Origin: Octopus sinensis
Taxonomy: Eukaryota
DNA: 64,000 bases
Assembly (NCBI RefSeq): GCF_006345805.1
Contig: NC_043003.1
Location: forward strand, 106,888,001-106,952,000
Reading direction: 5' to 3'
Shown: positions 38,368-51,488 of the stretch, piece after piece
Layout of the letters: every line of letters begins with the position of its first letter
Position numbering within the stretch: position 1 is the first letter of the stretch
Notes under the pieces: generated by a model
Databases searched by the model: none
The model's input: only the letters and a program-made list of their open reading frames with translations
Told to the model about the DNA's origin: nothing
Position numbers and translations under genes: made by a program

Positions 38368-38708
38368 GGCGAGGAAAGACTGTGTGGTAAGAAGCATGCT
38401 TCCCGATCACGTAGGTCTGGGTTCAGTCCCACTGCATGGCATCTTAGGCAAGTGTCTTCTACTTTCATCTCACACCAACCAAAACCTTGTGATGGAAACT
38501 GAAAGAACCCCAATCATGTGTGTGTATGTGTGTGCATCTTTGAGTCTCTGTTTATCCCCCACAACTGTTTCATAAGTGGTGTTAGTGTGTTTATGTCCCT
38601 GTAACTTAGTGGTTTAGCAAAATGAGCCTAAACTTGACTAAAATTCTTCTAGGGGGTGCCCCAGCATGGCCACAGTCCAATGACTGAAACAAGTAAAATG
38701 ATAAAAGA
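38368..38708 (+). mobile_element. SINE family A, diverged
   Basis: Head, core and tail motifs. Confidence 0.7.
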
Positions 38709-39404
38709 TAACAGGAGGTGGGGTGTATGTGGGTGGGTGGGGGCTCAAATGTGATTCTTTGTGATAATGTAGAAACGAATGTTACAATATTTCTGAAAAA
38801 GAACCAGGTCAGTGCAACCTATTCATGCAAATGCAAAAGTATTTTTTTTTTAATTAACGAGATAAAAAAAAAATGGAAAATAAAGTTATATTGAGAAGTA
38901 AGTTTCTTTGAGATGTGATGATCCGAATTCTTTAGAAGATAAGAGAAATGAAGGGAAACTATTTAAAGAAGAAAACCAAAACCAGGAATATTCTTTTTAA
39001 ATCAATAAGACAGAAATTTAACATCTCGTTAACACCCAGTAACACCCTACATAAAAAACTGTTACTTAATAATGATGTTTAAACTGGAAAGTTTTATCAT
39101 AACTAATGTGTGGGTGTGTGTGTGTATAAATCCATAGATGAAAAAGAGGGAGAAAAGAGGAGGAAAATTCTATCTACAGAGATATTCTAATTAAGAGACA
39201 ACTCCTATCACAGGACTTTAATTAAAAACTTTCCACTCTAAATAAGTATGAAGATTCTGAAGAATTCTTTCGTTGCTTCCATATGAATGTTTGACTTCTT
39301 TTTATTTCCTATTCTGGCAGAAGACCAATTATCTTGGCAGAGACTGGAGCAAGAGTCACCTCTAACTATTCTCCTCCAAAATATATTCTTAATTAATCAT
39401 TTTA

Positions 39405-40048
39405 TCTTTTATCTTTGGCTTGTTTCAGTCATTAGGTTATGGCCATGCTGGAGCACTGCCAAATAGAATGTTTAGTTGAAGGAATCAAAACCCACTGCTT
39501 ATTTTTTTTACTGGACCACTAAGTCACAGGGATGTAAACACACCAGCACCGGTTATCAAGTGGTGATGGTGGGGAACAAACAGACACAAAGACACACACA
39601 TACATATATATGTGTGTGTGTATATATATATATATATATAATATGAGGGAATATTATTCCAAACTTACAGGGAAAAATTCAATTTAGAAATACTAAATCA
39701 AATTTCACAAAATATAATATATATATATAAATTAGAAAAAATTATTTTGCACATTATTTAATCATTGTTATATGTTTTATTGTATATTTAATCTTTCTAT
39801 AATATGTAATTTTTCTAAATGGTATAATTTAATTTTTCAATATTGAAGTGATAAAAGGTGATTTTTTTCTAATTTATATATATATATATATATGATGGGC
39901 TTCTTTCAGTTTCCATCTACCAAATCCACTCATAAGGCTTTGGTCAGCCTGAGACTATAGAAGATACTTGCCCAAGGTGCCATGCAGTGGGACTGAACCC
40001 AAAACCATGTGGTTGGGAAGCAAGCTTCTTACCACACAGCCATGCCAG
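39405..40048 (-). mobile_element. SINE family A with an AT-rich insertion at the internal microsatellite
   Basis: 3' half at 39405-39600 and head at 39890-40048. Confidence 0.7.
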
Positions 40049-40212
40049 CACTTATGTCTATATTTTGTTTTTGTTGATGTGACCCTGAAAAGATAGAAAA
40101 CATGTTTGACTGTGGTAAGATTTGAACTTGCAATTTAGAATCTTTTTTTGCCTTTGTAATAATTTGGCTGTCATTGGAACCACAAGATGTCATGCAATAT
40201 TTGTTCCAGTTC

Positions 40213-40428
40213 TTAGGCAGCAAGCTGGCAGAAACGTTAACACGCTGGGCAAAATGATTAGCTGTATTCCATCTGTCTTTATGTTCTGAGTTCAAATTCC
40301 ACCAAGGTCGACTTTGCTTTTTCATCCTTTCTGGGTCAATAGATTAAGTACCAATTACATATTGGAGGTGATCTAATTGACTGGCCCCCTCCCCCAAAAT
40401 TTCAGGTCTTGTGCCTGGAGTAGAAAAG
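40213..40428 (+). mobile_element. tRNA-derived SINE family E with 17-bp TSD
   Basis: B box GAGTTCAAATTCC and core GGTCGACTTTGC..TTCATCCTTTC.GGGTC.ATA..TTAAGTACCA; TSD AATATTTGTTCCAGTTC at 40196-40212 and 40429-40445. Confidence 0.9.
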
Positions 40429-40907
40429 AATATTTGTTCCAGTTCCCTCGCTCCTAAGATGAAATTTTGCTGAAATCAACTTTAACTTCCAACCTTGTGA
40501 AATCAATAAATGAAATACCAGTCATTTACTTGGGTTCATTTGGTGTATCTTCTGTCCCACCTCCAATGTCTCTCTCCTGATCAGCTACCTAAAATCTGCT
40601 TTTATATGACTGGGCCATTGGCAGAATCTGCTAAAGCAGGGGCCGATTGGCCATGCCGTGACTCTAGATTTCCCTTTTTAACAAATTAGTTAGAAAAGGT
40701 AAAGGCAAGACAGATTCACCTGTATTGAGGATTGGTGTTTACAGTGAAAGTGTAAGAGGGTGTGGGGTAGAGTAGAGGCGACAGAGAGAGAGAGAGACAG
40801 CATTTGTGTAGGCCTGCCTGGCTGAAGAAGTTATGTAGGTCCCTGATTCAGGGTAACATAAGCTCTTGTAGTAGAGATAATGAAAATGGAAGTTTTAGTG
40901 TTAAATA

Positions 40908-41190
40908 GTCATCATCATCATCATCATCATCATTTAACACGTTTCCCATGTTGACATGCAAGACAAAAGCTTTCAACTGAGAGAATTTGAGATCCCTTGC
41001 TCTGCATTGGCAAGAATGCTTATCATAGCTAAACATCCAATTTTGCTGCTGCTGGCATGGATTAAGCAGTCCAACAGGAACCCACAAGCCAGAAGACTGC
41101 ACCAAGCTCCAACATCTGCTTTGGCATGGTTTCTACAGCCGAACGCCCTTCCTAATGCCAATCACTGAAGAGAGTGTCCTGGGTGCGTTT
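40908..41190 (-). mobile_element. RTE 3'-tail fragment, diverged
   Basis: (CAT)n-TTTAACAC...GCCCTTCCTAATGCCAATC. Confidence 0.7.
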
Positions 41191-41591
41191 TTTTCAGTGG
41201 CACAAGTGAGGTCTCCAAGTAACTCACAAGACAAGACCCCACTCAACTGAGGCAGAGGGTTTAAGCCAGGTAATTAGAGGTTTAGAGTATAACAGAGGGA
41301 CAGAAATGGGGGTCAGCTTGTAGGGGAGATACACAGAGTGTTGGTAAACATGAATAGTTACCAATCAGGTTGGTGGCCTACATTCCTTAAATACATGAGA
41401 ACATTCCCGGGGTATTATTCTATATTTAAGAGATGAGGAATTATTTACATTTGACAGATATTTGTCCTCATCTTGTTTGTTGTTAACACGTTTTGGCTGA
41501 TATACCCTCCAGCCTTCATCAGGTGTCTTGGGGAAATTATGAACCTGGGTTCTCATTCGTAAGGTATTTTTCAATGTTATTATTATTATCA

Positions 41592-41632
<41 letters not shown>

Positions 41633-41788
41633 CATTATTATTATCATCATTATGGTGTAGTGGTTAAGAGTGCATGCTACTAACCCCAAGATTCTGTGTT
41701 CAATTCCAGGCAGTGACCTGAATAACAACAACAACAGCAACATTGAAAAATACCTTAGGAATGAGAACCCATGTTCAAAATTTCCCCA

Positions 41789-41836
41789 AGACACCTGATG
41801 AAGGCTGGAGGATATATCAGCCGAAACGTTGTGTTT
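41789..41836 (+). ncRNA. Minimal type-I hammerhead ribozyme motif (Penelope-type)
   Basis: Stem I AGACAC/GUGUUU, core CUGAUGA(A), stem II GGCUG/CAGCC, GAAAC, loopless palindromic stem III, and GUU site. Confidence 0.75.
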
Positions 41837-41991
41837 ACAACAAACAAGATGAGGACAAATATCCGTCAAATGTAAATAATGTAAATAATTCCCAGGGGGT
41901 TATTATAAGTTTTGCAGAGAGTTAACAGTTGTGTAAGTCCAAATTAGTTTTGTGCAGTGAAAGTATTATCATCTTTATATATATATATACA

Positions 41992-42138
41992 GGCGCAGGA
42001 GTGGCTGTGAGGTAAGTAGCTTGTTTACCAACCACATGGTTCCGGGTTCAGTGTCTTCTACTATAGCCTCGGGCCGACCAAAGCCTTGTGAGTGGATTTG
42101 GTAGATGGAAACTGAAAGAAGCCTGTCGTATATATGTG

Positions 42139-42173
<35 letters not shown>

Positions 42174-42376
42174 TTGTGTGTCTGTGTTTGTCCCCCTAGC
42201 ATTGCTTGACAACCGATGCTGGTGTGCTTATGTCCCCGTTACTTAGCGGTTCGGCAAAAGAGACCGATAGAATAAGTACTGGGCTTACAAAAGAATAAGT
42301 CTTGGGGTCGAGTTGCTCGATTAAAGGCGGTGCTCCAGCATGGCCGCAGTCAAATGACTGAAACAAGTAAAAGAGT
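41992..42376 (+). mobile_element. SINE family A with a small internal deletion
   Basis: Lacks the CCCACTGCGTGGCACCTTGGGCAA segment. Confidence 0.9.
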
Positions 42377-42829
42377 GTTATATCTGTTGTGATGTTATAT
42401 ATGTGAAGATATTATCAGACATTGCAAGGTTTTACCATTTATAGTAAGCCATTTATACTTTAGTTATGTGTTGTAATTCAAGAATAAAGGTAATATAACA
42501 CATAACCGTTTCCTTGATGTGTTTAGAGATTGTAGAAATAAAAGTAGTTTACCTGACAGGTAGAAATAAAGATTAGCATTTTAAGTTGTCTTTGTCAAAG
42601 AAAAAGATTCCATTTGAAACGTCTTCTCACAGCACACCAACATAACAACTTCTTTAAAATTTTGTAACCAATTCATGCTCGGCACAGATCATCAATAGCA
42701 TACCAATTCCATTTAAAGAGAAATTTGCCTCTCATCCTTCTGAGTTCAATAAAATAAAGCACTAGTGAATACCGGGGGATTACTATAATTAAATGTACCA
42801 TTCCACCAAATATGATTATTAGAAATCAG

Positions 42830-43095
42830 TTGGTGCCACATATAAAGCACTGGTGCTGACGCTACATAAAATACACTGGGGCTAGTGCCACATGCAAAGC
42901 ATCCATGCTAGTGCCACATATAAAGCACCTGTGTTGCTGCCATGTATAAAGCCTGGTGTTGATTCCACTTAAAAAGTACCCAGTCCACTTGGTAAAATAG
43001 TAGGCATTAGGAAGGGCATCCAGCTGTAGAAACCATGCCAAAACAGATGACTGGAGTCCATGCCAGACTGGAAAATGGATGTTAAATGATGAGGA
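42830..43095 (+). mobile_element. RTE-type 3' UTR, diverged, with ~29-nt repeats
   Basis: Repeated GTGCCACATATAAAGCAC units, then GGCATTAGGAAGGGCATCCAG...GGATGTTAAATGATGAGGATG. Confidence 0.7.
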
Positions 43096-43199
43096 TGGTT
43101 ATGTAGTGCTATTCTCTGTCTCTTGTGGAAGAATTTCCAATGAGACTGGACCATTTTACTTAGGCACTCTTATGATGCAGAGTCGATCAGCAGCTGCCC

Positions 43200-43540
43200 T
43201 CTGTAGATGATTATTTCATTGTAGGTTTGCCACCTGAACATTCCCATTAGTTGTCTGGAGCCAGTTCCTCTTAGGACTTACCCTACTGAGGTTTCCACGT
43301 AAGGACTGGGTCAGTGAGTCTGTTTATTGGCCACCTTATCACATGTCCCAGCAAACTGATGATGGACATTGAGTGTTAGTCTGCTCTTCTCACCTCCTCG
43401 TTGCAGGTCAAACCATTCCAATTGGCACCGACTATTTTCTGGAGGAATCTGCTATCAAAAGAATCCAGTTTCTTTATTCAGTCCCAAAGTTCACTTCGTA
43501 ACTACATGGTCCCAAGTTTTATCCTATGTGTGAAACACAG
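43200..43540 (-). mobile_element. Second RTE-like LINE family, C-terminal fragment
   Basis: Minus strand gives a degraded KKLDSFDSRFLQKIVGANWNGLTCNEEVRR...LGHVIRWPINRLTDPVLTWKP, typical of the RTE C-terminus. Confidence 0.6.
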
Positions 43541-43639
43541 GCCTGCTAAGTCAGGTAAACCCAGGGCTAATCTAACAAAAAAGTAAAACAAAAGGGAAAC
43601 AGTAGGGGGTTATTGATTGGGATCAATACAGTCCTATTT

Positions 43640-44047
43640 CTTCACTACCCACAAGAGGGTAAACACAGAGGGGACAAACAAGGACAGACAAACAGATTAA
43701 GTCGATTATATTGACCCCAGTGCATAACTGGAACTTAATTTACCGACCCCGAAAGGATGAAAGGCAAAGTCGACCTCAGTGGAATTTGAACTCAACGTAG
43801 CGGCAGACGAAATACCTATTTCTTTACTACCCACAAGAGGCTAAACACAGAGAGGACAAACAAGGACAGACAAATGGATTAAGTCGATTACATCGACCCC
43901 AGTGCATAACTGGTACTTATTTAATCGACCCCGAAAGGATGAAAGGCAAAGTCAACCTCGGCGGAATTTGAACTCAGAACATAATGGTAAACGAAACACT
44001 GCTTAGCATTTCGCCCGGCATGCTAATGTTTCTGCCAGCTCGCCACC
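43640..44047 (-). mobile_element. SINE family E variant, head-to-tail dimer
   Basis: A ~175-bp unit is repeated at 43642-43815 and 43816-43990; only the second continues into the tRNA head. Confidence 0.85.
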
Positions 44048-44524
44048 TATTCTGCCACCATGCAACACATCTTGGTGAGTTTTTTTTTTTGTGGGGCAGG
44101 GGGGGGGCGTAAGAGGTTGTGTAAATTGAAGAGATTGAAAACAAAATCAAGACAAAGGTGTGTTGTCTACCCCACAGTGTATGACAGGGACAAATACAGC
44201 AGAAAGTATATAAACAAAAAATACAGATCTTTTTAACTTGTTTTATTTTTCTTCTTTTTGAAGGAGACCACAACAACAGAGGAAAATTTATTTTGGGTTT
44301 TTTTAAAAAAAAAAAAAGAGATTTCTTATATAATATCTTTGCTTCCTACATAAATAAAAATAAATTGAAAATAAATGGAAACATTGTAATGTAGTTTTAC
44401 TATGAACATAGAGGGATATCGTGATGATGGTCAAAAATGAGGAAAAAAAACTGAAGTAATGTTATCATTTATTCAACAAGTCACAGAAGTGATTCATTGA
44501 AAATTAACAAAGATACTCATATGA

Positions 44525-44525
44525 T

Positions 44526-44594
<69 letters not shown>

Positions 44595-45764
44595 GTATAT
44601 ATATGTATATATATGTATGTATATATGTATGTATATTATATATATGTATGTATGTATGTATGTGTATGTATATGTATATATGTATGTATATATATATGTG
44701 TGTGTGTGTGTGTGTATGTACTGTATGTATATGTATGTATATATATGTGTGTGTGTATGTATATGTATGTATATATATGTGTGTGTGTGTGTATATATGT
44801 ATATGTATGTATATATGTATGCATATATATGTATGATGTATATGTATGTGTGTATATGTATGTATATATATATATATATATGTATATGTGTGTGTACTAT
44901 ATATATATATATATGTATGAATATATATTATATATATGTATGAATATATATTTATATATATATATATGAATATATATTTATATATATGTATGAATATATA
45001 TTTATATATATGTATGAATATATATTTATATATATGTATGAATATATATTTATATATATGTATGAATATATATTTATATATATGTATGTATGTATATTTA
45101 TATATATGTATGTATTACATATGTATATATGCATTATATATATATGTATGTGTGTATATTACACACACTCACATACACATATATTATTACCCATAATTTT
45201 AAAAAGAAACACAGATTTATAATAGAAGTGAAAAATAAAACAACGTAAGAGAAAATTCTTCAAATGGTTTCACTTTGGTCAGCTGAGATGGAAAATGGCA
45301 CATAATGCTCCACCGTCCCATTTCAAGAGAAATTACAGCCAAAGAGGAACAAAGTGATTTTTTTCAACTAGGAATCAAAGATGTTGAGTAGTTGATTCCG
45401 AAGCTTATCAAGAACCAAACACTTGCTAAATACTGCCTGACATGCAATGTGACACATGGCAGGGCAGCAGAGAGAAAAATGTATTTAAAAAAAAAAAAAT
45501 TAAATAAAAACATTTAAAAAAAAAAAACTTGCTTCAGTTTTGATTTTCATTAAATATTAAAAAAGAAAAGAAACTGAAAGATAAACAGGTTAATGTATTT
45601 TGTAGAATTTAATTCTCTTCTGCTTCTGTCATTCATAAATGGCAATTCAAAGACAATTGTGACCAAGTTGTCTTTAAACCTAAACATAAAATAAATCATA
45701 TATGGCTTATACATACATACATATATACACATATATTCATATATATATATACATATATAAATAT

Positions 45765-45796
<32 letters not shown>

Positions 45797-46223
45797 ATAC
45801 ATATATAAATATATTTATTTATATATATATATATACATTTATAAATATATATATACATATATAAATATATATACATATATATATATATATTATATATATA
45901 TATATATATATACATTTATAAATATATATAACATATATAATATATATATACATATATAATATATATATACACACATAAATATATATATACACACATAAAT
46001 ATATATACACACATAAATATATATAACACACACATATATATATATACACACATATATATATACATATATAAACATATATATACATATATAAACATATATA
46101 TATTATACATATATAAATATATATATATATATACATATATAATATATATACATATTATATATATACATATATATATACAATATATATATACATATATTAT
46201 ATATATATATACATAATATACAT

Positions 46224-46254
<31 letters not shown>

Positions 46255-46361
46255 CACATATATATACACATATATATATATACAATATATATATACATAT
46301 ATATACACATATATATACACATATATAATATATATATACACATATAATATATATATACATA

Positions 46362-46413
<52 letters not shown>

Positions 46414-46430
46414 TATATACACATGGTGAG
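44525..46430. repeat. Large TA/TATG/TACA microsatellites (44525-45185, 45700-46430)
   Basis: Direct inspection; includes a 24-nt unit ATGAATATATATTTATATATATGT repeated ~6 times. Confidence 0.95.
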
Positions 46431-46825
46431 AGAGAGAGATGGCTGAATAGGAAAACAAAATTAATTAGAGAAGAAATGACAAAATGTAATGTAATACAAA
46501 TTTTCATTTTAAATTCCAATATGGAACAAGGACCATTATTTTTAATTCCAAAAGTTTAGAAAAATGTGGGGGTTTTTTTTTAATCCTTTTTTTAATCTTT
46601 TTAGTTTCTTGCAGATTTTTTCCCTTTTTTTTTGTTTTTTGTTTTTGTTTTTAGAAATGTTTGACTGCTCAGTGTTCAGTGATGACAAGTGGTGTGATAT
46701 ATGTAGCGAGGCCATTTTCCTACTGGAATATGAAGAGTTTTACCAAGCAGATAGGCAATTAAAAAAAAAAAAAAAAAAAAATTGACATAAATAAAAAATT
46801 AAAAAATAATACTTATAATAACCCT

Positions 46826-47030
46826 TTTCTCCTACAGGCACAAAGCCTGAAATCTTTGGAGTGGGGGAGGATAAGTCCATTACAACACCCCCAGCGCTGA
46901 ACTGGTACTTTTTTCATCAGCCCCAAAAGGATGAAAGGCAAAGTTGACCTCAGCGAAATTTGAACTCTGTATATAAAAACGGACAAGATGCTGCTAACAG
47001 CATTGCCAGCTCACTGCCTTCAACAACAAC

Positions 47031-47061
<31 letters not shown>

Positions 47062-47200
47062 TAAATAATAATTGTTTCTACTATAGGCACAAGGCCTAAA
47101 ATTGTGGGGTAGGGGACTAGTTGATTACATCAACCCCAGTGTTTCACTGGTACTTAATTTATCAACCCCGAAAAGCTGAAAGGCAAAGTTGTCCTCAGTC
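46826..47200 (-). mobile_element. SINE family E, tandem pair separated by (AAT)n
   Basis: Two copies of GGCACAAG/AGCC..ACCCCAG..CTGGTACTT..GAAAGGCAAAGTTG. Confidence 0.8.
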
Positions 47201-47684
47201 AATTAATAATAATAATAATAATAATAATAATCCCATCTAACAAGATTAGTCCTCTTGATACGATCTTAACTGAGACCACCCTTCTTGATTTAATGTGTTT
47301 TAATTTACAACCACCCATAACAATTTTATGTGGAAACCTTTTGTATATATATTTACCAATGTTGAACCCCACACAATTCTTGATTATTTTTAAAAAATGA
47401 ATTGAAATACATGGACAGTGTGTTTTGTTAGAAATATATTGATAAATGGGTTTAAAAAAAGCAACGTGTATATTCTCAGCAATTTTGTTTTTAACTTCCA
47501 AAGTATTTTTAATAAAGTCAGGTCATGATTTTAGCAATTTTCTGATATAATATCCGGAGGTATTTTTATGATAAACATTTTTTACCCACATATTTTTATC
47601 CCTTTAAGTTCTTTGAGTTTTACAATTAAATGGAATTCAATTTTTATTTGTTATTCTAATTTTCATTCTATTATTCTAATTTTT

Positions 47685-49338
47685 AGATCTTTTCTGTTCC
47701 TGTTACAGTTTTCTATTTTTTTGAAATTTTTTTTCCATTGCTTTCAAATTTGGTGTACTAATGTAGTTTTGTATGCTAATTATGGAAATGAAACTCATTT
47801 TTGCCAAAAATTAAATAATAAAATTTTAGTAGCTTGTAAAGTTTGCAAATTTTAGCCAATCAAAAGCACAGACACACTGTTTCCATAGTAACAAGCTAAG
47901 CTGTAGTTTGCTTAAAACTACAACCTCGTGTATTTTCTTTACCAATCTATTTTCTTTAATGAGTGCCTATCTTCATTTAACCTTTCAATATGATGGAGAA
48001 ATTGAACACGGAAGAGAATGCGATTTCTTAATTGCAAGAGAAAGGTGTTGTCCCTAAAAGAAAATTATGTACAAACAAACCCTATATGAAGAAGATTAGA
48101 AGATGCTTTGTAGGAAAATTTACTGATGATGATGATAGCCCTGAAAGGATGCAGTGAGTGTGTGTTTGTCAGAAAGGATAAATGGTTGGAAGGTGGCACC
48201 CTTTGTCTTAGGTCTCTACTACCTTTTTTCCTTCAGTTATGGGTCAAGGAATTGACTTCAGTCTGGTTTTATGTTGAAGAACTGGGGATGAGCCACTGCA
48301 TAGCTTTTGATTACAACAGCTATGTTTGTGAAATGTGAAGGGGACCTGCTCTGCAACCTAGTTCAGACAGGCATCCTGGGAAGATTGTTGAGACACAAAT
48401 ACAACCAAGGAAGGGTGCTACATGAGCAGTGAGTTTTCAGAGAAGTGTGTTGTGAGACCAGACATGTTTTACTTTATGTAGTGCAGCATTGGAATCGTGA
48501 CACACTAGAGAAACACATACATTAATTGGTTCTTCCAGAAACCAAACTTTTCAGAGGGCCTGCTCTCACATTCCTGAAATTGATGGTTATAATCTTCGAC
48601 AGAGAGCAGTGAACCACAGTGTAGAGTTTATTAACTCAAAAGATGGTACCCACATGCAACAAATGGAAAGCAGATGGGCCTGTGTAAAACAAGGGAATAA
48701 ATGATGCCATGGGACCCACCATTCTATAGTTAACTCATATCTCTGCGAGTTTATGTGGCACAGAAAATACAAAAATTGTAAGTTGTTTGAGAAACTCCTC
48801 CAGAGTGTATCTCACTTTCATTTTTGAATTTTCCCTCCAAAAAATGTTTTGTTTTACATGAAGTGAACTATTACTGAAGTAGTATAATGTACAGGCTGCT
48901 TTTTTTAAGGTTTTCACAGAAAATTTCATCAAGAGTCTTTTCCTTTTTAAATTGTGTGCCTGTTCCACTGTTTTGCATGACTCTACTCATTAAAATTTAT
49001 TAAAACTTCAAAACATCTTACAACTTTCATCCTCATAACGTTTTACTTTCATTTGCTTAATAAAAATTCATCATCATAATATTTTTGCTTCCATTTTGTG
49101 ATAGACAGCTTTCACATAGAAAATGCCAGCTTTCAAATCCTGTTTTCTGGTTGGGTAAGAATGATAAAATTTTAAACCTCTGTAATTTTTTCTAAAATTT
49201 TTCTGGAACAAGTGAATAACAAAATCAGTTTCTGTGTGAAAAATTACATCAATATACTTAATTTGAAAATTTTAATTTTAAAATTTTAAAAATTTAAAAT
49301 TTTAATTAAAAAAGCTATGACAGCAACAGAAAAGATCC
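47685..49338 (+). mobile_element. Merlin-superfamily DNA transposon, full length, decayed
   Basis: Imperfect ~28-bp TIRs (AGATCTTTTCTGTTCCTGTTACAG / CTATGACAGCAACAGAAAAGATCC), 8-bp TSD TAATTTTT at 47677-47684 and 49339-49346, and an internal transposase. Confidence 0.9.
47990..48827 (+). pseudogene. Merlin / IS1595 (ISXO2-like) DDE transposase, disrupted
   Basis: TEENAIS*LQEKGVVP...ELTSVWFYVEELGMSH...DYNSYVCEM...VNHSVEFINSKDGTHMQQMESRWACVKQGNK*CHGTHHSIVNSYLCEFMWHRKY; contains stops and frameshifts. Confidence 0.85.
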
Positions 49339-50254
49339 TAATTTTTAAACTTATTATTACCTACAATTCATTATAGCTATTAGTTTTTGTTTGTGTGAAT
49401 GGTGATAAAGATGACAAAAAAAACCTTGTCTTTCATTTTCTTATTAAAATTTTGATAAAAAAAGCTTAATATAAAGAACAAAATCAACAATAAAAATAAA
49501 ATAAAAATGAAGATTACCTTGTCCAAACATGTGAATGTTTTGAAAATGATAAAAGAATTTTTAAAAATATATAAACATAATTTAATATAAAGAGAAGCAG
49601 TGCCCGAGGTAAAGCAGATACATGGACAAAGAGAGACAGGTCAGAAGATATGTGATGGGAAACCTAGAGCTTTTGAATAGAAAAAAAAAAAAAAAAGAAA
49701 GGTCCTTCCAGTATGAAGAATGGACATTAATGATGATGATGATGATGATGATGATACATATAAACTAAAGAGATAATTAGAGTGTTTATAAAAATGAGTT
49801 TAGGAAAATAAAGATAAAGGTTTTATACCTATACTAGGAAATGACAGAAAAATAAGTTGAAAGGATTTTGGTTTATAGTTTGAAGGATAGAGGGTTCTAA
49901 TCCAGTTACTGACATTGCACCATGTCCACAGCTAAGACACTTCACTTTTGTGGGCTCAATTCACTTATTACTAAATAGGTACCATGAGAAGTTCCAGCAT
50001 GAAAGCAACAGGTCTATTGTATAATTTACAAGTGGTTCGCTATTTTGTAGTTCTAAGTTCCAGTGCTATCATTAGCATAAGGTTGACAGTTGTACAGAGT
50101 TGAATCGAATATTCACAAAATAAGGAGCAATGAGAGTGGAGAAGGGGTTAAATTGTATTCTGATCACCAAATGATTTATTCTGAAACTCACTTCTATCTC
50201 TCTGAGATTCAACATTGGTCTTACACAGTCCTGAACTGTTTTCATTGAATTCAA

Positions 50255-50695
50255 ATTTTGGCACAAGGCCAACAAGTTCAGGGGCTGGGGGTAAATCAAT
50301 CACATCAACACCAGTATGCAACTGGTACTTAATTTATCAACCCCAAAAAGATGAAGGGCAAAGTCAACCTCAGCAGAATTTGAACTCAGAACTTAAAGAG
50401 CCAAAAGAAATGCCAGTAAACATTTTATCCAGCATGGTAATGGTTCTGCCAATGCACAGCCTTGATAATAATAATGGTTTCAATTTTTGGCACAAGGCCA
50501 GCAATTTCCGGGAGTGGGTAAGCTGATTCAACCTCAGTGTTCAACTGATCCTTATTTAATCGACCCCAAAAAGATGAAAGGTAAAGTCAGCCTTGGTGGA
50601 ATTTGAACTCAGAACGTGAAGAGAGATGAAATGCCACTGAGCATCTTTGCCCTGGCCAGCTAATGATTCTGCCAACTCTACACTTTACATGAACT
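50255..50695 (-). mobile_element. SINE family E, tandem pair
   Basis: Copies at ~50255-50460 and ~50480-50695. Confidence 0.8.
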
Positions 50696-50800
50696 GTTTT
50701 AATTAAAAATGTTTCACTAATTTACAGTGCTGGGTTTAAATTTCAATATAAATGCTGTTTACAGTAGGACAGGCTCCTTTAGGGGTTTCTTAAAACCCAC

Positions 50801-50923
50801 TTCAAAATACATTATACAAAGACGAAGTACTTCAAGTGTTCTCCTAACAATCTGATCAGGTATATCTATTTGATCTTCTGTAATGCTAGATTTAATAGGT
50901 TCAACAATCCTTTTTCCCTCTTT
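50801..50923 (-). CDS. Candidate internal exon (KEGKRIVEPIKSSITEDQIDIPDQIVRRTLEVLRLCIMYFE)
   Basis: 123 nt, phase 0-0, long pyrimidine tract upstream, AAG acceptor, GAA|GTGGGT donor; no homology recognised. Confidence 0.3.
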
Positions 50924-51488
50924 CTTGATACAGCAATGAAGAACAACGAAAATAAAAAAAAGAAAGAAAAGCAAGTCCATTGCTTTAAATTCCATTAAAT
51001 ATTTTCAATAAATAAACAACAATGTTTATTAGATTTGTCAAACAGAATCCAGAAATGGCTTGTTCTGTTCAATGCTGAAGTATGCTTCCAAAATTAGCTG
51101 AAAGCAATTTAGCAAATATTTGGATTTTTACAAATTAATTTGTTTCGATTTTATCAAAGTTTTGCATTTTCTCAATTAAATTGATCTACTTTCATGCGTA
51201 TTTCATACAGTATTACTTACAATGTATTAAATGCTTCACTGCAACTATAAAAGCTACTTTATTTCCAAACAGCGTGTGGCAGGTTTTCCTCAAGTACATC
51301 CGTTAATCATTATATTAAGATAAGTCAAGATCGACAAGAGGATAAGCAGTCTTGAAACCCCGGAGCCATTCAGACTGGTCGCATGCTTTTAAGTTTCAAT
51401 AAACTTCTCAAGATTATGTTAGAAGATTTATTATCTTTTTCAAGCACATCAAATTAGCCTTGCATACATACATATACACACACATATA

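Noticed and set aside
44052-44080. Perfect Kozak GCCACCATG followed by a GTGAGT donor
   Set aside because: It would be a 5-codon exon abutting a SINE end, with no supporting promoter or downstream exon; plausible by chance.
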